Part shown: positions 1 to 5,000 of the stretch, one piece after another
Numbering within the stretch: position 1 is the stretch's first letter
Layout of the letters: each line of letters starts with the position of its first letter
From: Eledone cirrhosa
Lineage: Eukaryota
Length of the DNA: 5,000 nt
Reading direction: 5' to 3'
Assembly (NCBI GenBank): GCA_964016885.1
Contig: CAXHJY010001296.1
Location: 1-5,000, forward strand
Notes under the pieces: generated by a model
Database searches by the model: none
What the model was told of the DNA's origin: nothing
The model's input: the letters and a program-made list of their open reading frames with translations, nothing else
Position numbers and translations under genes: made by a program

Positions 1-110
1 ACGTTGCTCCTTCTACCTGGAGTTGCGACTGACAGATAGTATTGGCAATTGGAAAGACCAATGGAAACATTGTTTCCTCGGTCCAATTTGACAAAAGCCG
101 ATCGACAAAA

Positions 111-340
111 ATATATATGTATGTATATGTATGTATATATATGTATGTGTATGTATGTATATGTATATGTATGTGTATGTATGTATGTATGTATGTATGT
201 ATGTGTATGTATGTATATGTATATGTATGTATATCTATGTATGTGTATGTATATATATGTATATGTATGTGTATGTATATCTATATGTATGTATATCTGT
301 GTATGTATATATATGTATATATATGTATATCTATGTATAT
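111..340. repeat. Compound (TATG)n/(TA)n microsatellite
   Basis: Direct inspection; source of the Y/M/C/V/I pseudo-ORFs. Confidence 0.98.
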
Positions 341-782
341 GCGCCGTGAGCGTTATATTATCTGCATGATGTGGAAAATGTTCCATCATCACTGCCCAAA
401 TGATGTTGGCATCGCCTTCAAGATACACCCAAGGCTTGGGCCCCGTGCTATCCGTCCCATACAAAAATCTAAATCGCAACTCATAACAACAATACGGCAC
501 AATTATTTCACCTCAATCGGCCCTCCTCTCTTCAACATCACACCAGGACACGTCAAAACAGAAACTGACCACACAAAATTCAAGAAGTCTTTGGACAAAT
601 TCCTCCAAGTAATCCCGGACAAACCACCCACACCCGGATATGTCTCCGCAAACAGTAATTCTCTTCTCGAATGGGCCATGGTGCCCAAATCCTGAATTGA
701 AAGACTTCACCAGGTGGTGCTATTAAGTTAGACATGGCCTGGGCCAATAATGGCCAAAACATTTCAAAGTTATTCAAAGTTA
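341..782 (+). mobile_element. 5'-truncated non-LTR retrotransposon (CR1/L2-group LINE): ORF2 C-terminus plus 3' UTR
   Basis: 342-695 reads [14 protein letters not shown]...RLG...TIRHNYFTSIGPPLFNITP...FKKSLDKFLQVIPDKPPTPGY...SNSLLEW*. This matches the post-RT C-terminal motifs of CR1/L2-type ORF2 (RRERY..W K, GP.LFN.LP, FK..LD.FL..PD.P). It is followed by a short 3' UTR with a GGCCA-ATAA-TGGCC hairpin (742-755) and a tandem tail TTCAAAGTTA x2 (763-782). Confidence 0.85.
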
Positions 783-866
783 TGTATGTATATATATATA
801 TGTATATGTATGTGTATGTATGTATATGTATGTATATATATATATCATCATCATCATCATCATCAT
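781..866. repeat. (TATG/TA)n microsatellite followed by (ATC)n
   Basis: 781-843 is TA/TATG; 844-866 is (ATC)n, which is the SINE tail. Confidence 0.95.
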
Positions 867-925
867 TTTACGTCCGCTTTTCACTGCTTGCAAGGGTGGG
901 ACGGGAACTGATTCTGGCTTGATTT
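844..925 (-). mobile_element. 5'-truncated copy (3' tail only) of the same SINE family as 1708-2049
   Basis: 884-925 matches 1745-1786 at 41/42 nt (ctgcttgcaagggtgggacgggaactg[a/g]ttctggcttgattt). It is preceded on + by the same (ATC)n tail (844-866). Confidence 0.85.
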
Positions 926-926
926 T

Positions 927-1136
927 TAACATGTCCTGTAACTGGCGAATGATTTCAAGTCTGGTTCCTGGGATGGCCTGATGGTGCGTATCGCTTGTGA
1001 ATCTGCATCTCCAATGAAGTAGATTTGCAAAAACTTGTGGTTTTCATTCATTGGTCAGAGGTAGGAGACTTCCAATCGTGTTGTACACTTGGCCCTGTAC
1101 TTTAAATGAGGACATGTATCCGTGCTTTCGTGAAAT
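927..1136 (-). pseudogene. Degraded Helitron RepHel protein fragment (N-terminal region), two frameshifts
   Basis: Minus-strand translation across frames: GYMSSFKVQGQVYNTIGSLLPLT / NENHKFLQIYFIGDADSQAIR / QAIPGTRLEIIRQLQDML. This matches the conserved Helitron motif FK(I/V)QGQVYH.IGSLLP....KFLQIYF.GD...LQ.ML. The first frameshift coincides with an AATG duplication (+ strand cattcatt, about 1045-1052). Confidence 0.8.
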
Positions 1137-1544
1137 AAATAGGTTTTTGTTTTTGTATATGCAAAAATATCTGTACACGAATATATATATTAAAATAACA
1201 GATTAAAATTTGAACAAAGAATCGCTGCTTTCACCCCTTAACAGGATCTTCTGAAACTAAAAAAAATCAATCTGTGAACGCAGAAGTAAATATTTCGAAA
1301 AACGTTATCTAATGCAGACAACCAGACATACAGAGACATATTATAAGGGCATGACGTCATAGCTATGTATCTATCTAAAAAGACAGACTAAGAAAAGGTG
1401 AGGAATGTTGTATAACCAAAGTGTTGACATTTGAAATTTTAAAGAAGTCATCAAGTGAATATTTAAATAATGTCTTTAATCTTTTAACAAAATTCAAGTA
1501 GACAAAAATACCCTCACTTTTTTACTTGGAAAAAGTTACATCTA

Positions 1545-1620
1545 TGATGCAAATTTGGTGTTGTTTGGTCCAGCCGTTTGGTGGAAAGTTTGTTACATAC
1601 ATACAGCCGTCGGCTTTATA

Positions 1621-1625
<5 letters not shown>
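1545..1625 (+). mobile_element. Possible 3' terminal region of a non-autonomous Helitron-like (Lep1-type) element
   Basis: gcaaatttgg...tggtccagccgttt...(acat)n...ctttatagtata resembles the recalled layout of invertebrate Lep1-like ends (aaattt...cggtccag..gttt + tetranucleotide microsatellite + ctttatatata). No other terminus was identified. Confidence 0.3.

Positions 1626-1659
<34 letters not shown>
1622..1659. repeat. Perfect (TA)n microsatellite
   Basis: Direct inspection. Confidence 0.98.
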
Positions 1660-1662
<3 letters not shown>

Positions 1663-1707
1663 ATGGCTAGTGCTCTCCTCGATCTCAGCACCAACCACAG
1701 CCTGCCT

Positions 1708-2049
1708 ATCATCAACATCATCATCATTTTACATCAGCTTTTCCCTGCTTGCAAGGGTGGGACGGGAACTGGTTCTGGCTTGATTTCTACAGCTGGATGC
1801 CCTTCCTAACACCAACCTCATTTACAGTGAGTGCTGGGTGCTTTTTTGCCGTGGCACCTCCACGACCACTTTGCAGTGGAATGATAGGGACCCCTGCCCC
1901 TATCATCTCATTTCTACAGCTGAGTAAACTGGAGCAATGTGAAATAAAGTGTCTTGCTCAAGGAAACAACACATCACCCGGTCTGAGAATTGAACTCACA
2001 ACCTTTCGATTGCAAGGCCAATGCTCTAACCACTAAGCCATATGCCTCC
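1708..2049 (-). mobile_element. Full-length tRNA-derived CORE-type SINE (about 340 bp) with (ATG)n tail
   Basis: Minus strand begins GGAGGCATA. It has a Pol III A box TGGCTTAGTGG (2030-2040) and B box GAGTTCAATTC (1987-1997). A CORE-like domain CCTTGAGCAAGACACTT...CAGTTTACTCAGCTGTAGAAATGAG (1907-1963) resembles the MIR core CCTTGGGCAAGTCACTT...CAGTTTCCTCATCTGTAAAATGG. The 3' part carries GGTGTTAGGAAGGGCATCCAGCTGTAGAAA and ends in ATGATGATG repeats. Confidence 0.85.
1987..2040 (-). promoter_or_regulatory. Internal RNA polymerase III type-2 promoter (A and B boxes) of the SINE head
   Basis: A box TGGCTTAGTGG fits TRGCNNARYGG; B box GAGTTCAATTC is close to GGTTCRANNCC; spacing is tRNA-like. Confidence 0.7.
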
Positions 2050-2061
2050 ATTAAGTATAAA

Positions 2062-2149
2062 TATTATTATTATTATTATATGTATATATATATATACATA
2101 CTCTTTTACTTGTTCCAGCCAACTGGCTAAGGCCATGCTTGGGCACCGC

Positions 2150-2188
<39 letters not shown>

Positions 2189-2230
2189 GTATATATATAT
2201 GTATCTATATGTATATATATATGTATATAT
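2062..2230. repeat. (ATT)n and (TA)n microsatellites surrounding the 2099-2150 retroposon tail
   Basis: (ATT)n at 2062-2079; TA-rich at 2080-2100 and 2153-2230. Confidence 0.9.
2099..2150 (-). mobile_element. Isolated 3' tail of a second retroposon (SINE/LINE) family
   Basis: Minus strand GGCGGTGCCCAAGCATGGCCTTAGCCAGTTGGCTGGAACAAGTAAAAGAGTA lies embedded in (TA)n. It resembles a common octopus retroposon 3' end as recalled and shares motifs with the LINE 3' UTR at 713-761. Confidence 0.6.
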
Positions 2231-2497
2231 TGTTATACTTTGGGAGGGTCATGTTGCCAATAAGAAACGCATGCACCAGTTGCTTTCACTCCAATAAATC
2301 TTGTCACTCTATATATAGATAAATCTTGTCATGCCTTCTTAATCTTTGAAAATTACTCTAATTTTGATCATTCACCTGAGGTCATTGAGCTGGTGGTCCT
2401 GCTCCCAAGATGACCCCATGCCACATGCTTTCACACTGCTTATCTCATAAATTAATCTTCTTGTGCCTTAATCTTTGAAAATTGCTCCAATTTTCAG

Positions 2498-2653
2498 GTA
2501 AATATGACTGTCTGTCAGGTAGCCCAAATACAAAACGATACAAAGCCACGTTCCGATGTGCACTAAACAGTTTACCAGATTGTGAAGAATTGAAGAAAGA
2601 AACTAGAAAAAGTGGTTTAAATGCATTCAAAGTGTATCAATTTACAGAAACCC
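2498..2653 (+). CDS. IRF: Internal coding exon of an interferon regulatory factor (IRF1/IRF2-like), C-terminal half of the winged-helix DNA-binding domain
   Basis: Acceptor ttttcAG (AG at 2496-2497), branch-point-like CTTAAT at 2467-2472, donor GTGAGT at 2654-2659. The exon is 156 nt (2 + 51 codons + 1) with no stop: (G)KYDCLSGSPNTKRYKATFRCALNSLPDCEELKKETRKSGLNAFKVYQFTET. By hand it aligns without gaps to human IRF1 63-111 as recalled ([49 protein letters not shown]), about 23/49 identities, including the FRCAxNSLPD signature and VY. Exact orthology cannot be decided from one exon. Confidence 0.93.
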
Positions 2654-2806
2654 GTGAGTAATTTTCATTGTTTCTCAAATGTAACCTTCTTTCTCATCCC
2701 GTCCTTATATCTGAGGGGACTTGGACATATAGACCAGTACTCACCATCTTTTCCTGTCAATATAACAACACTTGGTAAATTTTCAACAAAAAACACTCGT
2801 CTCCAG

Positions 2807-3996
2807 TTCTTCTTCTCCTCCTCCTTCTTTTCATACTTATTCCTGAGAGGGTCATGGTGGCACAGAGTCCTCAAACACTCCTTCCAGCGGGTCATGTCAG
2901 AAGCAACTGTCCCCAACTGATCCGGCTGGACTCCCAAGCCAGACCAGCCAAGCTCATGGATGTTATCCAATCAATCTTGCTCGGGGGGGGGTCTACTCCT
3001 TGCTCTCCTGTCTGTTGGTTTCACCCGTACAATCTGTCCAGCAATTCTTTCCTGAGACATTCTAACCACACACCCATAGTATCGGAGTTGTCATCTCTCA
3101 ATTCTGAGTAGTGACTCCACCTGGAGTGACTCTCCAGCAATTCTTTCCTGAGACATTCTAACCACATACACATAGTATCGGAGTTGTCATCTCTCAATTC
3201 TGAGTAGTGGCTCCACCTGGAGTGACTCTCCAGCAATTCTTTCCTGAGACATTCTAACCACATACACATAGTATCGGAGTTGTGATCTCTCAATTCTGAG
3301 TAGTGGCTCCACCTGGAGTGACTCTCCAGCAATTCTTTCCTGAGACATTCTAACCACACACCCATAGTATCGGAGTTGTCATCTCTCAATTCTGAGTAGT
3401 GGCTCCACCTGGAGTGACTCTCCAGCAATTCTTTCCTGAGACATTCTAACCACACACCCATAGTATCGGAGTTGTCATCTCTCAATTCTGAGTAGTGGCT
3501 CCACCTGGAGTGACTCTCCAGCAATTCTTTCCTGAGACATTCTAACCACACACCCATAGTATCGGAGTTGTCATCTCTCAATTCTGAGTAGTGGCTCCAC
3601 CTGGAGTGACTCTCCAGCAATTCTTTCCTGAGACATTCTAACCACACACCCATAGTATCGGAGTTGTCATCTCTCAATTCTGAGTAGTGGCTCCACCTGG
3701 AGTGACTCTCCAGCAATTCTTTCCTGAGACATTTTAACCACACACCCATAGTATCGGAGTTGTCATCTCTCAATTCTGAGTAGTGGCTCCACCTGGAGTG
3801 ACTCTCCAGCAATTCTTTCCTGAGACATTCTAACCACACACCCATAGTATCGGAGTTGTCATCTCTCAATTCTGAGTAGTGGCTCCACCTGGAGTGACTC
3901 TCCAGCAATTCTTTCCTGAGACATTTTAACCACACACCCATAGTATCGGAGTTGTCATCTCTCAATTCTGAGTAGTGACTCCACCTGGAGTGACTC
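2807..3996 (-). mobile_element. 5'-truncated RTE-clade LINE (Rex3/Expander-like) ORF C-terminus with purine-rich (GAA/GAG)n tail; 5' end tandemly amplified
   Basis: One minus-strand frame gives ESLQVESLLRIER*QLRYYGCVVRMSQERIAG (repeat unit), then QIVRVKPTDRRARSRPPPEQD*LDNIHELGWSGLGVQPDQLGTVASDMTRWKECLRTL. This is colinear with the RTE C-terminal pattern (VEPLLLR.ERSQ.RW.GH..RM...R......PTGRR.RGRPR.RW.D....L.W..LG......VA.....W). In-frame stops show it is dead. The tail on + is ttcttcttctcctcctccttc (2807-2828). Confidence 0.85.
3037..3996. repeat. Minisatellite: exactly 10 head-to-tail copies of a 96-bp unit
   Basis: Units start at 3037, 3133, 3229, 3325, 3421, 3517, 3613, 3709, 3805 and 3901 (TCCAGCAATTCTTTCC...CTGGAGTGACTC). 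There are no indels and only five variable positions. Confidence 0.99.
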
Positions 3997-4167
3997 CAAT
4001 GCTTCCCTTAGAAAATAATTAAGAATTTGGAAGGTATTTTTAAAAATAAGTACAAGACCTTTCAAATATATATATATAGCTCTGTATATTTTGAAGGACC
4101 AGAGGTGGTTGCAACGAGTTTCATATTGAAATGGTTAAAGACATTTCCTCTGTTGCAGTAAAGCCCA

Positions 4168-4250
<83 letters not shown>

Positions 4251-4251
4251 C

Positions 4252-4300
<49 letters not shown>

Positions 4301-4377
4301 TATATATATATATACACATATATATATATATATACACATATATATATATATATACACATATATATATATATATACAC

Positions 4378-4408
<31 letters not shown>

Positions 4409-4446
4409 TATATATATATACACATATATATATATATAATACACAC

Positions 4447-4477
<31 letters not shown>

Positions 4478-4630
4478 TATATACACACACATATATATAT
4501 ATATACACATATATATATACACATATATATACACATATATATATATACACATATATATATATACACATATATATATATATACACATATATATACACACAT
4601 ATATATATATACACATATATATATACACAC

Positions 4631-4672
<42 letters not shown>

Positions 4673-4738
4673 ATATATATATACACATATACACATATAT
4701 ACACATATATATATATATACACATATATATATATATAC

Positions 4739-4774
<36 letters not shown>

Positions 4775-4793
4775 ATATATATACATATATATA
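4168..4793. repeat. Long (about 625 bp) (TA)n microsatellite interrupted by CA/CACA
   Basis: Direct inspection; source of all ORFs between 4062 and 4901. Confidence 0.99.
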
Positions 4794-5000
4794 GAATGTT
4801 AGTCTACGACTTCTGCTATACCATTTATGTGGTTTTGTCTTTGCGTGATTTTGTTCTCCACGCTCCACATATGACGTATTATCTTCGTTTTTTTCGTTCA
4901 TTGCCAGAGAACGTCTCTATGCACCACTTAGAGAACATTAGTCTACGACCTCTTTTATATCATAAACGTGGTTCTGTCCTTGCACGTAATTGTTTTTTCA
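4793..5000. repeat. Degenerate direct repeat with about 139-bp period, running off the window end
   Basis: TTAGTCTACGAC occurs at 4799-4810 and 4938-4949, and similarity continues (tataccatttatgtggttttgtctttgc vs tatatcataaacgtggttctgtccttgc). Confidence 0.75.

Noticed and set aside
1-110. Unique sequence with short open frames on the minus strand
   Set aside because: Too short and truncated by the window edge; no recognisable motif, and it does not encode the upstream IRF exon (no PWKH or WAxHT).
42-695. 217-aa gene
   Set aside because: Chance in-frame fusion of a stop-free TATG microsatellite to a LINE ORF2 C-terminus.
1980-2049. tRNA gene
   Set aside because: A and B boxes are present, but the acceptor stem does not pair and the sequence runs directly into a CORE domain and retroposon tail, so it is a SINE head.
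1555-2263. ORFs 1555-1809, 1749-2036 and 2042-2263
   Set aside because: They run through microsatellites and the antisense strand of a SINE.
2445-2920. ORFs 2445-2630 (-) and 2621-2920 (+)
   Set aside because: Antisense or out-of-frame shadows of the IRF exon and the RTE fragment, with no motif support.
3021-3965. 314-aa repeat protein ORF (minus strand)
   Set aside because: It is a shifted frame of the RTE-derived unit and is open only because 96 is divisible by 3 and one unit lacks a stop in that frame. It starts at a non-ATG codon, is antisense to the IRF gene and has no recognisable domain.
3037-3996. CRISPR array
   Set aside because: The whole 96-bp unit is repeated with no unique spacers, the context is eukaryotic, there are no cas genes, and the unit derives from an RTE LINE.
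4097-4157. Possible next IRF exon (ttttgaAG...GCA/gtaaag; open in phase 1 as [20 protein letters not shown])
   Set aside because: The acceptor and donor are weak, it is only 61 nt so an open frame is expected by chance, and there is no recognisable homology. It would need RNA-seq support.
4062-4901. Several long Y/I/C/V/M-rich ORFs on both strands
   Set aside because: Translations of the (TA)n/(CA) microsatellite, which lacks stop codons.

Overview
AT-rich, repeat-dense eukaryotic (animal) genomic DNA, most likely from a cephalopod mollusc such as Octopus (inferred from the SINE types and microsatellite load). It is not prokaryotic. The one real host-gene signal is missed by the ORF track: a 156-nt, GT-AG-bounded, phase 1-1 internal exon (2498-2653, +) encoding the C-terminal half of an interferon regulatory factor (IRF1/IRF2-like) DNA-binding domain. 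The recognition-helix residues are intact, but the fifth conserved Trp is replaced by Tyr. The rest is probably intronic and consists of transposon debris: a 5'-truncated CR1/L2-group LINE inside a microsatellite, a frameshifted Helitron RepHel fragment, a full-length tRNA-derived CORE-SINE, two isolated SINE tails, and a 5'-truncated RTE (Rex3/Expander-like) LINE whose 5' end is amplified into a 10 x 96-bp minisatellite. Most ORFs in the track are artefacts of microsatellites or tandem repeats.
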